Positions 46,948 to 56,507 are shown, counted from the stretch's first letter. The stretch is DNA of 64,000 bases from Candidatus Nomurabacteria bacterium (GCA_963834935.1 CAWIDS010000001.1:367642-431641); one strand, 5' to 3'. Notes: generated by a model from the letters alone, not told the origin. Made by a program: numbers and translations.

Positions 46948-48846
46948 ATGCACCATACTATGCCTGAAAATAAACACAAGAAGAATCAGAAACGGACCAG
47001 GATGCCCCGAAGCAATAGCCTGATAAATGCCCTTGTCATATTCATCCTGCTCATCATTGCTTATGCTTTTCTGGTCTCTCGCGATACATCCAATAATTCC
47101 ATCACTCTTTCCGACCTTGCCAACGACGTCAATGCCGGAAAAGTCAGTGAAATCGTCGTAAGGGGACAGGATCTTACTATCACCTATGCCGACAAGACCA
47201 TAAAGACTTCAAAAAAAGAGGCTGAAGATTCGCTTTCCACTACTCTTGTGAATTATGGCGTGCCTGCGGCAAAGATTGACGCGGTAAAGATTGACATCGA
47301 GAACGAGGGAGGCTTCGCCTATTGGTTCATCAATCTCGCTCCGTTCGTCATTCCGCTCATCGGAGTGGCTTTCTTCATCTGGATAATTACCCGCCAGATG
47401 AAAGGGACGGGAATGCAGGCATTCAGCTTCGGCCAATCGAAGGCGCGCATGACAGGCCCTGATGACAAGAAGCAGCGTGTTACCTTCAAAGATGTCGCTG
47501 GCGCCAAGGAAGCCAAGGAAGAGCTTTCAGAGATCGTTGACTTTCTGAAGAATCCGAAAAAGTTCTTGGACATCGGTGCCCGCATTCCGAAGGGAATATT
47601 GCTTATGGGTGCGCCTGGAACCGGAAAGACTTTGCTTGCCCGCGCTGTAGCTGGAGAGAGCAATGTCTCATTCTTCTCGATCTCCGGTTCGGAATTCGTC
47701 GAGATGTTCGTCGGAGTCGGTGCTTCGCGTGTCCGTGATCTTTTCAAGGTCGCCAAGCAGAACGCGCCCGCAATCATCTTCGTTGATGAGATCGATGCTG
47801 TTGGCCGTGTTCGAGGAACCGGAATGGGCGGCGGAAACGACGAGCGAGAACAGACCTTGAACCAGATTCTTGTCGAAATGGATGGCTTTGAACCGAACGA
47901 GAAAGTGATCGTCATGGCAGCCACTAACCGTCCCGATGTCCTTGACCCTGCGCTTCTTCGCCCGGGCCGCTTTGACCGCCGTGTCACTATAGACCTTCCT
48001 GATCGGTCTGATCGCGAGGCAATACTTGAAGTGCATTCAAAAGAAAAACCTTTTGCCGAAGATGTCGATTTGAAACTGATTGCAGAGCGAACGCCGGGAT
48101 TTTCCGGCGCCGACCTTTATTCGCTTATGAATGAAGGAGCTATCCTCGCGGCTCGCGAGAACCGCACTAAAGTTGCCCAGTTCGACCTCATCCGTTCGAT
48201 CGAAAAAGTGATGCTCGGTCCTGAACGCCGCAGCCATATCCTTTCAGTAAAAGAAAAAGAGCTCACTGCCTATCACGAAGCCGGACACGCCATTGTTGCT
48301 TCGGTCCTTCCGTATGCCGACCCGGTGCACAAGGTTTCTATCATCTCGCGCGGCCGTGCCGCCGGCTATACTCTCAAGCTTCCGCTTGAAGACAGGAAGC
48401 TTCAATCCAAAAAGGAATTCCTCGACGATATTGCTGTCTCTCTCGGGGGCTATGTCGTCGAGAAGGAGATCTACGGCGACCTCACCACAGGTTCTTCGAA
48501 CGACCTACAGGTCTCGAGCGCCTTGGCGCGCGACATGGTCACCAAATACGGAATGTCCGAGAGGATCGGTCCGATCGCCCTTGAAAGTTCCGGCGGTCGT
48601 GCTATGTTTGGTCGCGGGGTGGAAGACAAGGAATATTCAGCGGAAGTCGGCAAGCTCATCGATGAAGAAGTATCCAAAATAATGAATGAAGCGATGAAGA
48701 AGACCGAAGAAATCGTCGCTACTCACCGAAAGGCGCTTGATGCGATCGCCCAGCGTCTCGTCGCTGTCGAGACTATTGAAAGGGAAGAGTTCGACAATCT
48801 TCTCATCGCCAACGGCATCGTACCCAAAAAGAAGGAAATCGTTTAA
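46948..48846 (+). CDS. ftsH: ATP-dependent zinc metalloprotease FtsH
   Basis: An N-terminal TM pair, the AAA Walker A ([17 protein letters not shown]), the SRH, and the HEAGHAIV zinc motif. Confidence 0.95.
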   Translation: MHHTMPENKHKKNQKRTRMPRSNSLINALVIFILLIIAYAFLVSRDTSNNSITLSDLANDVNAGKVSEIVVRGQDLTITYADKTIKTSKKEAEDSLSTTLVNYGVPAAKIDAVKIDIENEGGFAYWFINLAPFVIPLIGVAFFIWIITRQMKGTGMQAFSFGQSKARMTGPDDKKQRVTFKDVAGAKEAKEELSEIVDFLKNPKKFLDIGARIPKGILLMGAPGTGKTLLARAVAGESNVSFFSISGSEFVEMFVGVGASRVRDLFKVAKQNAPAIIFVDEIDAVGRVRGTGMGGGNDEREQTLNQILVEMDGFEPNEKVIVMAATNRPDVLDPALLRPGRFDRRVTIDLPDRSDREAILEVHSKEKPFAEDVDLKLIAERTPGFSGADLYSLMNEGAILAARENRTKVAQFDLIRSIEKVMLGPERRSHILSVKEKELTAYHEAGHAIVASVLPYADPVHKVSIISRGRAAGYTLKLPLEDRKLQSKKEFLDDIAVSLGGYVVEKEIYGDLTTGSSNDLQVSSALARDMVTKYGMSERIGPIALESSGGRAMFGRGVEDKEYSAEVGKLIDEEVSKIMNEAMKKTEEIVATHRKALDAIAQRLVAVETIEREEFDNLLIANGIVPKKKEIV

Positions 48847-48863
48847 TATTCATATTAAATTTC

Positions 48864-48936
48864 GCCATTGTAGCTCAGTTGGTAGAGCACTCCATTGGTA
48901 ATGGGGAGGTCTCCGGTTCAATCCCGGACAATGGCT
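48864..48936 (+). tRNA. tRNA-Thr (anticodon GGT)
   Basis: Manual cloverleaf: acceptor GCCATTG/CAATGGC, D-arm GCTC-AGTTGGTA-GAGC, anticodon arm CTCCA-TTGGTAA-TGGGG (anticodon GGT), T-arm TCCGG-TTCAATC-CCGGA. Confidence 0.85.
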
Positions 48937-48967
48937 CAGCGATGGGTGCGGTGTCGGCCCGCGCAAT

Positions 48968-49040
48968 GCCGAAGTAGCTCAGTTGGTAGAGCAATGCTTT
49001 CGTAAAGCAGAGGTCGCGAGTTCGATTCTCGCCTTCGGCT
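48968..49040 (+). tRNA. tRNA-Thr (anticodon CGT)
   Basis: Acceptor GCCGAAG/CTTCGGC, D-arm GCTC-AGTTGGTA-GAGC, anticodon arm ATGCT-TTCGTAA-AGCAG (anticodon CGT, 27:43 mismatch), T-arm GCGAG-TTCGATT-CTCGC. Confidence 0.8.
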
Positions 49041-49091
49041 CACTGTTTCCGCCACTTAGACTTTTCTTTCCTAATTTAGTAGACTTCCGAT

Positions 49092-49793
49092 ATGAACACA
49101 CAAAAGAAATATATCGTTTCAGCCATAGTGGCAATCATAGTCATAGGTATCCTTGTTTATAGACAGCATCAATATCAAAACCTGCCGGTGAGCGATGGAA
49201 GCCTGACAAGCCAAAGCACTTCTACTAGTTCAACAGCGACTTCTACATCTGCATCTGCATCTTCAACTTCATCTGCGACAAATCCAGGCTTTGCTGTCGT
49301 TTCGGTCAATGGCTTGAACGGCTACTCGGATTTCGGCTTCAGCTTCAACTATCCTTCATCGCTCAAGCTTTCTCAATCAGCTTCGCCGGTCCAGGAAGTG
49401 ACAGGAGGATTCGTCGCTACCGCCAACGGATTGAATGACACCACCTCGATGGCAACGCCTTCGAACACCACCGATATCTCGAGCTTCAGCGTGATAAAGG
49501 CTGCAGGAGTCAGCTCGGCAGCCTGCATAGCAGCCCCTGTCGGAAACGATTGGCTAAAAGATCTTGGAAAATCGACTATAAACGCTAATACGTTCTACAA
49601 ATACGAATATGGAAGCAAGAGCGGCAGCCGGTATTTCCAGACTGATGAATACGTCAGCGAGATTAACGGCAATTGCTACAAGGTAAGCGTCAGCAATGTC
49701 GGAACCCTTCCTCAGTCCGCAGCAGAAAGCTCATCGATCACGCAGTCGCTTTCAGTCCTTGATACCGTCATAAACTCGTTCAAGGCGCACTAA
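49092..49793 (+). CDS. Secreted/membrane-anchored Ser/Thr-rich hypothetical protein
   Basis: N-terminal TM/signal segment (IVSAIVAIIVIGILVY), then a poly-S/T/A low-complexity linker and a globular C-terminal domain. The stop is 1 nt before the prfB start. Confidence 0.5.
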   Translation: MNTQKKYIVSAIVAIIVIGILVYRQHQYQNLPVSDGSLTSQSTSTSSTATSTSASASSTSSATNPGFAVVSVNGLNGYSDFGFSFNYPSSLKLSQSASPVQEVTGGFVATANGLNDTTSMATPSNTTDISSFSVIKAAGVSSAACIAAPVGNDWLKDLGKSTINANTFYKYEYGSKSGSRYFQTDEYVSEINGNCYKVSVSNVGTLPQSAAESSSITQSLSVLDTVINSFKAH

Positions 49794-49794
49794 T

Positions 49795-50676
49795 TTGATG
49801 ATAGGATCCATCGAAAAAGAAAAGCGGATCCAGGAAATAGAAGAGCTGATGCTGGACGGCGATTTCTGGAAAGACAAAAGCAAAGCGCAGGAAATCGTCC
49901 GCGAATACGAGCAATTGAAAAGTGGGGAATCGGATGCTCCCGGCTATGACGCCGGCGACGCCATCATTACTATATTTTCCGGGGCAGGTGGCGACGATTC
50001 CGAGGATTTTTCCCGCATGCTTCTTCAGATGTACGAACGCTACATCGCCAAACGCGGCTGGCAGACGCAACTTATTCACGAGAACAAGAATGACCAAGGC
50101 GGCTATCGCAATATCACCTTCGAGGTAAAAGGCAAGAATGCCTATGGCGACTTGAAAAGGGAATCCGGCGTGCATCGCCTGGTCCGCCTTTCGCCGTTCA
50201 ATTCCAAGAAGCTCCGCCACACCTCATTTTCGATGGTGGAAGTCATTCCAAAATTCGACAAGACCGCGCCGCTCGAACTCAAGGAAGACGAAATCGATAT
50301 CACTATTGCCCGCGCCGGCGGCCCAGGCGGACAGAACGTTAACAAGCGCGAAACGGCAGTCCGCATCGTCCACATTCCGACCAAGCTTTCGGTCCATGTC
50401 ACATCGGAACGCAGCCAAGCCCAGAACAAGGAGAAGGCGCTTGCCATCCTCAAGGGGAAAATTTATGCCCGCCAGGAAGAGGAGCGCATCAAGAAGGAAA
50501 AAGGCATGTATGTCTCGAAGACCACCGATATCGAGTGGGGCAATCAGATCCGCTCGTACGTCCTTCATCCCTACAAGTTGGTCAAAGATCACCGTACCAA
50601 CGTCGAGATACATGATGCCGACAAGGTTCTTAACGGATATCTTGACGAATTTATTGAGGCTGAGCGAGCGCTTTAG
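49795..50676 (+). CDS. prfB: Peptide chain release factor 2 (no programmed frameshift detected)
   Basis: SPF tripeptide anticodon motif (RLSPFNS) and GGQ motif (GGPGGQNVNK). The N-terminus aligns to the post-frameshift part of E. coli RF2. TTG/ATG start at 49795/49798. Confidence 0.85.
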   Translation: MMIGSIEKEKRIQEIEELMLDGDFWKDKSKAQEIVREYEQLKSGESDAPGYDAGDAIITIFSGAGGDDSEDFSRMLLQMYERYIAKRGWQTQLIHENKNDQGGYRNITFEVKGKNAYGDLKRESGVHRLVRLSPFNSKKLRHTSFSMVEVIPKFDKTAPLELKEDEIDITIARAGGPGGQNVNKRETAVRIVHIPTKLSVHVTSERSQAQNKEKALAILKGKIYARQEEERIKKEKGMYVSKTTDIEWGNQIRSYVLHPYKLVKDHRTNVEIHDADKVLNGYLDEFIEAERAL

Positions 50677-50757
50677 GCTATTCTGCCGCCCGAGCGAGAA
50701 AAGCACATTTTATTTGGCGTTTTTCATAGAAAATATGTTACAATTCAAGGACTCGCA

Positions 50758-51438
50758 ATGATAAATTTCGACAACGTCTCAAAAATATACTCCGATAACA
50801 CCACTGCCCTTGATAATATTTCCTTCAGGATTGCTCCGAAGGAATTCGTCTCCATCGTGGGACAGTCGGGGGCAGGCAAGACCACCATCATCAAGATGAT
50901 TCTCGGCGAGGAAAAGCCCACCTACGGCTCCGTCCATTATGAGGAAACGGACATCCACTCCCTTAATCGTAAGGAAATGAACGAATACCGCCGGAAAATC
51001 GGCACCGTCTTCCAGGACTTCCGTCTCTTGGCTCACAAGAATGTCTTCGAGAACATTTCGTTCGCCATGGAGGCGGCCGGAAGGACGGAAGAGGAGATAG
51101 TCGTCGACGTGCCTCATGTCCTTGAGCTTGTTGATCTCGGCAACAAGATCTGGAATTTTCCCTATCAGCTGTCGGGAGGAGAGAAGCAGCGAGTAGCCAT
51201 TGCCCGGGCTCTCGTTAATCAGCCGGACATCATCATTGCCGACGAGCCGACAGGAAACCTCGATCCGCTCAATACCTACGAAATCATCCAGATCCTGAAG
51301 AAGATCAATGATCTCGGCACCACAGTGGTGTTGACGACCCACAATAAGGGGGTGATCGATTCACTCGGCAAGCGCGTCATTACCATGGAGCGTGGTAAGA
51401 TAGTGCGTGACGACAAGAAAGGCACGTATATTCTGTAA
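50758..51438 (+). CDS. ftsE: Cell-division ABC transporter ATP-binding protein FtsE
   Basis: Walker A is GQSGAGKTT, the ABC signature is LSGGEKQRVAIARAL, and Walker B is IIIADEPTGNLD. Confidence 0.85.
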   Translation: MINFDNVSKIYSDNTTALDNISFRIAPKEFVSIVGQSGAGKTTIIKMILGEEKPTYGSVHYEETDIHSLNRKEMNEYRRKIGTVFQDFRLLAHKNVFENISFAMEAAGRTEEEIVVDVPHVLELVDLGNKIWNFPYQLSGGEKQRVAIARALVNQPDIIIADEPTGNLDPLNTYEIIQILKKINDLGTTVVLTTHNKGVIDSLGKRVITMERGKIVRDDKKGTYIL

Positions 51439-51450
51439 TAAATCATAAAA

Positions 51451-52377
51451 ATGTTCTGGACCAAAGTAAAAAGAATAATCAAGGCAGGGTGGGTGAGCTT
51501 CGTGCGAAACGGCTCGGTATCCCTTGCCTCGACTCTGGTGATGACGGTTACCCTTTCGGTCATCACCTCGCTCGTCTTTACCGGCGCCCTTCTCCAGTCG
51601 ACTCTTAACGGCATCAAGGAGAAAGTGGACATCAATATCTATTTCGACAATAGCGCTACCGACGATCAGATAATGGCTTTCAAGAAGGCGCTCGATGCCC
51701 AGCCGGAAGTGGCCGCCACCACATATACCACTGCCGACCAGGCTCTTGCCAATTTCCGTGCCCGCCATCAGGACAATGCCTTGCTCATGAGCGCTCTCGA
51801 TGAAGTCGGAGGCAATCCTCTCGAGCCGACCATTAATGTCAAAGCCAAGGACCCTTCTCAATACCAGACTCTCGCCGATTTCATCCAGACGGAGAACGCT
51901 TCCGGCAACAATACCGTCGGCATCGTCAAGAAAGTGAGCTATGAGCAGAACAAGGACGCTATAGACGCCCTCGACCGCATCATTCATTCATCCGAACGCC
52001 TCGGTATCGTCATCGCCCTTTTCTTCATTTTGGTTTCCATTCTCATCACTTTTAATACCGTACGCCTCGCTATTTACGTCTCGCGCGATGAGATTTCTGT
52101 CATGCGCCTGGTGGGAGCGTCCGCACGCTATATCAAGGGGCCGTTTCTCGTCGTTGGAATCATTTACGGTATAGTCGGCGCTATTATCACCTTGCTCATC
52201 GCTTATCCTGTGGCCTATTGGCTCGGCCCCATCACTTACAACCTCGGCACCGGCTTGAATATCTTCACATATTATCTCAGCAACTTCCTTGAGATCGCTG
52301 CAGTCGTCTTCGGCGCAGGAATCATCTTCGGCGCCATCTCCAGCTACTTGGCAGTGGAGAAATATATCAAAGTCTAG
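51451..52377 (+). CDS. ftsX: Cell-division permease-like protein FtsX
   Basis: It is adjacent to ftsE. The topology is one N-terminal TM helix, a periplasmic domain, then 3 C-terminal TM helices (FtsX-like permease fold). Confidence 0.8.
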   Translation: MFWTKVKRIIKAGWVSFVRNGSVSLASTLVMTVTLSVITSLVFTGALLQSTLNGIKEKVDINIYFDNSATDDQIMAFKKALDAQPEVAATTYTTADQALANFRARHQDNALLMSALDEVGGNPLEPTINVKAKDPSQYQTLADFIQTENASGNNTVGIVKKVSYEQNKDAIDALDRIIHSSERLGIVIALFFILVSILITFNTVRLAIYVSRDEISVMRLVGASARYIKGPFLVVGIIYGIVGAIITLLIAYPVAYWLGPITYNLGTGLNIFTYYLSNFLEIAAVVFGAGIIFGAISSYLAVEKYIKV

Positions 52378-52398
52378 CTTGAAAAATGAAATATAAAA

Positions 52399-52437
52399 AA
52401 GCCGCACGTCCCTGTGAGGGGAAGTGCGGCGTAGTCA
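52399..52437. terminator. Bidirectional terminator between ftsX and paralog A
   Basis: An A-run precedes the hairpin GCCGCAC-GTCCCTGTGAGGGGAA-GTGCGGC. Confidence 0.5.
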
Positions 52438-52451
52438 GCCGGACGAATTGC

Positions 52452-53117
52452 TTAAGCTGGAATGCCTTGAGGAGAATCTCCGGGCTTGAAGACGTAGAAG
52501 TAGCTTTTCGGTTCAAGAGGAAAACCAAGTTCGTTCATGACGTCATAGAGATCGTCAAAAAGGGATCCCTTTCTTCCGTCAATCATCTCTTCAGCGGCTC
52601 GTTTCAGCATGCCACCGAGCTCGCGGGCGACGATGTTGTCATCGATGACCACAGTAGCTGGATGTCGGAGCAGCGAATCGAAATTCGGGTGCTCTACAAC
52701 CTTTACTGCCAGCACCTTGACGAAGCCGCTGCGCTTCAATTTTTTCCGTACTGTCCGCCATTTTCTGGCCAGGTCGAGGCAGTCCTCATTCAACTTCGGA
52801 TGCTTCAGGCTGATCCACAATACGTAACAGTCAAAACCGACGATGTCGAGGTCTCCGATATGCAAAAGGCTTGCCAGCTTGAGTCCTGAATGGAACCATA
52901 ATCCGAACATCAGCAGGCCGAAGGCCAGGAAGATGAGGGACTGGATGATATGCGTTCGCCGGCTGTTGGCCATAGCGAGATATTCTTCTGCAGATCTGTC
53001 GATCAGATCGTCGTCGGCTTGTGCCCGAGCGAAAAGAAGCCCGAGCAGGTTGAAGGTTGATAGTGTCGCTTTCTCGAGAGAGAAAGCCCGTTGCGGGTTA
53101 GGAGTCAAAGAGCTCAT
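52452..53117 (-). CDS. Paralogous 2-TM membrane protein family member A (unknown function)
   Basis: Shares RSAEEYLAM(A/V)NSR, an (L/V)AR.W.TV..KL..SGF block and a C-terminal D.Y......GF...P..Y block with ORF 53227..53949. It has its own promoter (TTGACA-N17-TACTAT on the minus strand at 53128–53156). Confidence 0.5.
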   Translation of the reverse strand: MSSLTPNPQRAFSLEKATLSTFNLLGLLFARAQADDDLIDRSAEEYLAMANSRRTHIIQSLIFLAFGLLMFGLWFHSGLKLASLLHIGDLDIVGFDCYVLWISLKHPKLNEDCLDLARKWRTVRKKLKRSGFVKVLAVKVVEHPNFDSLLRHPATVVIDDNIVARELGGMLKRAAEEMIDGRKGSLFDDLYDVMNELGFPLEPKSYFYVFKPGDSPQGIPA

Positions 53118-53127
53118 ACGGCTTGAA

Positions 53128-53156
53128 ATAGTACTTCACTTAAGTTGTTTTGTCAA
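53128..53156 (-). promoter_or_regulatory. Sigma70-like promoter (minus strand) TTGACA-N17-TACTAT for paralog A
   Basis: Plus-strand ATAGTA at 53128–53133 and TGTCAA at 53151–53156, 17-nt spacer. It is followed 10 nt later by the gene start. Confidence 0.5.
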
Positions 53157-53173
53157 TGATAATGAATTAAAAA

Positions 53174-53208
53174 ATGACTGCACCGGCAAGGTGCAGTCAT
53201 GGGTCCTG
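53174..53208 (-). terminator. Intrinsic terminator downstream of paralog B (11-bp perfect stem plus U-tract on minus strand)
   Basis: The stem is TGACTGCACC...GGTGCAGTCA, flanked by AAAAAA on the plus strand (U-run when read on minus). Confidence 0.6.
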
Positions 53209-53226
53209 AAATGAAATCCAGCCGAA

Positions 53227-53949
53227 TTACGAGCCGGACGATGTCGGCGCAAGCACCGTGTCGTCCTCTAAGTAATACGCTATCGGACGGACAGCAAAGC
53301 CGACATCGCGAGCAAACTCGTAAATATCGCTGAACGTATCGATGAGCTCTTCACAGTGTTCCTGGAATTCTTCCTTTCTTTCCTCTACGCGGATCATCTC
53401 CGACAGCTCCAGCAGTTTTTTGAAGAACAGTTCGCTGAACATCACCTCAAGAGCATCGGGCTGCACCGGCTGGTGCAGCTCGTCTTGGATGTCGGGAGAC
53501 GACGTTCGAATGATTTCTGCAAGCTCGCTCGCAAAGCCGCTCTGAACAAGTTTTATTTGCACCGTTTTCCAGTATCTTGCCACAGCACGGACATTCTCAT
53601 CCGGGCACGGGCACGTGGAGCGAAATTGCAGGATCCAGGTGACAATGGCGGCGTCGAAGAAAAATGAGGCGTAGGAGAATCTCGCGTTTTTGGTCCACAG
53701 CCCGAGACTGATACAGGCGACAAGCGCCAAGACAAGAAACGCGGCGCAGATCATCTGGTTCCACCTCGAATTGACCATGGCGAGGTATTCTTCCGCCGAT
53801 CGCGCTGAGGCAATCTGGATGTTGATGGAGCTCACCTTGTTGATCATCTCGCGGCTGAACCTCAAGCCGAAGAGGTTGAGGATTGCGTGGCGCGCCTCCT
53901 TTTTGGTGAAGACGCGCATTTCATTAGGTTCAGTATTTAAAGGTCTCAT
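53227..53949 (-). CDS. Paralogous 2-TM membrane protein family member B (unknown function)
   Basis: See member A for the shared blocks. Its own terminator lies downstream and a TTGACA-containing promoter-like element upstream (plus 53994–53999). Confidence 0.5.
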   Translation of the reverse strand: MRPLNTEPNEMRVFTKKEARHAILNLFGLRFSREMINKVSSINIQIASARSAEEYLAMVNSRWNQMICAAFLVLALVACISLGLWTKNARFSYASFFFDAAIVTWILQFRSTCPCPDENVRAVARYWKTVQIKLVQSGFASELAEIIRTSSPDIQDELHQPVQPDALEVMFSELFFKKLLELSEMIRVEERKEEFQEHCEELIDTFSDIYEFARDVGFAVRPIAYYLEDDTVLAPTSSGS

Positions 53950-54040
53950 ATGTGCATATATCCACTAAACAAATTACGTCGATAGGCTCATTTTGTCAAT
54001 AAAAAAGCCCCGCTGGGGCGGGGCTGTTCATGCGCATGTA

Positions 54041-54604
54041 TTACGCATGAACTTCGAATCTCATATTCCAGGTGACTTGTCTGAAGCAGAGGACGTCCTC
54101 TTTTGCTGCGGCAAGCTGCCGTGTCCTCCTGCTTCGTTCCATGACATTACCGGCGTGAAGGCGCCATTCGCCGGGATCAATGAGCTGTGTGATCTCGGAG
54201 TCGATCCAAGTAATCCTTGTCTCGATGCAATCTTCGACGATCTCGATGAGAAGCGGGATTTCTTCTTCACGCGTCGCCAGGACGCGCGAGGGAATCTTTT
54301 TGCCCCGGATCTTTTGGGCTATTTCCGCCACGATTCCGCCGCGGAGCGCACACTTCCTCATTCTCGACCATTCTTTCCCCACCATGCGCTCCGTCTTGCT
54401 GACGTATATTTCACGCTTGGTGGGGAAGAAATAATCAAAGAAGAAGGCGGCGATCAAGAACAGCAGCGCAAACACCGAGGGTGTAACGATGTAGTTCGGC
54501 AGTGGATGGTTTCCCTTATTGATGTATGTTATTGCCCCAAGGACAAGAGCCAATACCGCTACAGCGGAGAGGAAGACAGCGGTCCTTTTCCGCCATCTGA
54601 GCAC
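54041..54604 (-). CDS. Paralogous 2-TM membrane protein family member C (N-terminally shorter)
   Basis: Starts directly at the RW..(A)VFL...A..LG TM block that is shared with members A/B. A promoter TTGACA-N17-CATAAT lies on the minus strand at 54763–54791 (about 150-nt leader). The antisense 312-aa plus-strand ORF was rejected. Confidence 0.45.
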   Translation of the reverse strand: MLRWRKRTAVFLSAVAVLALVLGAITYINKGNHPLPNYIVTPSVFALLFLIAAFFFDYFFPTKREIYVSKTERMVGKEWSRMRKCALRGGIVAEIAQKIRGKKIPSRVLATREEEIPLLIEIVEDCIETRITWIDSEITQLIDPGEWRLHAGNVMERSRRTRQLAAAKEDVLCFRQVTWNMRFEVHA

Positions 54605-54839
54605 CTTGTTCCGGGACTTTTCAGCATTCAGGCCGAAGTTTTTCAGATAGCCTCCCCAGCGGGCTTCAGCCCACAGGTAAGCGAAGTAGCAGCCGAGGAT
54701 TTCCAGGCCTTCGCCTCGGAGTCCTCTCCTTTAGGTTTGGGTTCGTGTGTCATAAAATGTGCTTCTAGGCGGATTATGCCCCTCGAAAGTAAAAGTGTCA
54801 ACAGGAAGCAGCTAGCCGGCTGTGATAAAATAAAATTCA

Positions 54840-56507
54840 ATGAAAAAACACAAATATATTTTCGTTGTCGGAGGAGTGATGTCCGGAGTCGGAAAGGGAA
54901 TCACCACCTCCTCTATCGGAACAATATTTGAAGCTAAAGGTTACAAAGTAAATATCGTAAAAGCAGATCCCTATTTGAACGTCGACGCAGGAACTATGAA
55001 CCCCACCGAACACGGTGAGGTTTTTGTTTTGAATTCCGGACTGGAGACTGATCAAGATATGGGAAATTACGAACGCTTCATGAATCGCGATCTGACCGCC
55101 GACGACTACATGACTTCCGGCATGGTCTACAAGCACGTCATCGACAAGGAGCGGGCACTCGGTTTCAAAGGCAAGTGCATCGACGCCGACAACATCCGCG
55201 ACGAGATCGTCCATCGCTACGAGAACGCGGCGCGTACCAATCGTTCTGACATTTCGATTATTGAGATCGGAGGAACGGTGGGGGACTATCAGAACATCAT
55301 GTTCATCGAAGCCGCCCGTGTTTTGAAATTGAAACAGCCGGACGACGTGGTCTTCATGATGGTTTCGTACTTGCCGATTCCTGGCAAGCTCGGTGAAATG
55401 AAATCGAAACCCACCCAGAATGCCATCCGCCAATTGCAGTCGCACGGCGTGCAGGCGGATTTCATCATCGCCCGAAGCGACAGGCCTCTCGACAAGAAGC
55501 GCAAGGAAAAGATTGCCTTTTCGTGCAGTGTGCCTGCGGAAAATGTCATCTCCGCTCCCGACATCGAAAGCATCTACGACGTACCTCTCAATTTCGAGCG
55601 CGATCACATCGGCGAGATGCTTTCTAAGGCTCTCGGTATTAACGGCAGGAAAGTCAATCTGAATGAATGGAAAAAGTTCGTCGGCAAGGTCAAATCAGCC
55701 AAGAAAAAAGTGAATATCGTCGTTGTGGGAAAATATTTCGACACAGGTGATTTTGTTTTGTCCGACGCGTATGTATCCGTCATCGAAGCGATCAAATTCT
55801 CCTCGTATCATCAGGGAGTGAAGCCGATTCTCACTTGGGTCAATGCCAAGGATTTCGAAAAGAAAAGCCCGCAGGCCATCAAGAAGCTGCTTCAGACCAA
55901 GCTCGGCAAAGCGGACGGCATCCTGGTGCCTGGCGGCTTCGGCGAGACGGGCATTGAAGGCATGATAAACGTCATCCAGTTCGCCCGCGAGAAGAAGATT
56001 CCGTATCTCGGCCTCTGCTACGGCATGCAATTATTGGTCATCGAATTCGCACGGCACGTCGCTCACATGAAAGATGCCCACACTTCGGAGATTGATCCGC
56101 AGAGCAAACATCTGGTCATCGACATCATGGAACATCAGAAAAAACATCTCGCAGAAGGAAGATATGGAGCCTCGATGCGCCTCGGCTCGTATCCCTGCAT
56201 CCTGAAGAAGGGAAGCATTGCCGAGACCGCCTACCGCACCGCCGGCTGGATCAAGAATGGAAAGATCGACGAGCGCCACCGCCACCGCTATGAAGTGAAT
56301 GCTACGTTCATCAACCACCTGGTCACCGCCGGCCTGACCTTCTCCGGAACTTCTCCTGACAGTGCGCTGATGGAAATCGCCGAACTGCCGAAATCAAAGC
56401 ATCCCTTCTTCCTCGGCGCTCAGTTCCATCCCGAATTCCTGGCCCGCCCTTTGCGCCCGCATCCGCTGTTCAGCGAGTTTATAAAAGTTGCAGGGAAGGG
56501 AAAATAA
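54840..56507 (+). CDS. pyrG: CTP synthase
   Basis: KYIFVVGGVMSGVGKGITTSSIG marks the N-terminal synthetase domain. GLCYGMQ plus His/Glu mark the glutamine amidotransferase domain. Confidence 0.95.
   Translation: MKKHKYIFVVGGVMSGVGKGITTSSIGTIFEAKGYKVNIVKADPYLNVDAGTMNPTEHGEVFVLNSGLETDQDMGNYERFMNRDLTADDYMTSGMVYKHVIDKERALGFKGKCIDADNIRDEIVHRYENAARTNRSDISIIEIGGTVGDYQNIMFIEAARVLKLKQPDDVVFMMVSYLPIPGKLGEMKSKPTQNAIRQLQSHGVQADFIIARSDRPLDKKRKEKIAFSCSVPAENVISAPDIESIYDVPLNFERDHIGEMLSKALGINGRKVNLNEWKKFVGKVKSAKKKVNIVVVGKYFDTGDFVLSDAYVSVIEAIKFSSYHQGVKPILTWVNAKDFEKKSPQAIKKLLQTKLGKADGILVPGGFGETGIEGMINVIQFAREKKIPYLGLCYGMQLLVIEFARHVAHMKDAHTSEIDPQSKHLVIDIMEHQKKHLAEGRYGASMRLGSYPCILKKGSIAETAYRTAGWIKNGKIDERHRHRYEVNATFINHLVTAGLTFSGTSPDSALMEIAELPKSKHPFFLGAQFHPEFLARPLRPHPLFSEFIKVAGKGK

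Noticed and set aside
47319-48036. Minus-strand ORFs (222 aa, 122 aa) inside ftsH
   Set aside because: They are shadow ORFs antisense to ftsH, Arg/Ser-rich.
49760-49800. Programmed +1 frameshift site for prfB
   Set aside because: It was searched for but not found: no CUU UGA C motif and no frame-0 leader ORF with a start codon.
52386-52889. 167-aa plus-strand ORF overlapping paralog A
   Set aside because: The opposite-strand ORF shows paralogy to 53227..53949 and has its own promoter and terminator. The plus ORF starts inside the ftsX terminator.
54643-54840. 65-aa minus ORF upstream of paralog C
   Set aside because: Its start lies upstream of the predicted promoter for that transcription unit. 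Low-complexity sequence.
53993-54931. 312-aa plus-strand ORF
   Set aside because: It is antisense to a membrane-protein gene that has clear TM helices and paralogs. Its composition looks random. Its 3' end overlaps the pyrG start in another frame. The promoter/terminator signals all favour the minus-strand genes.
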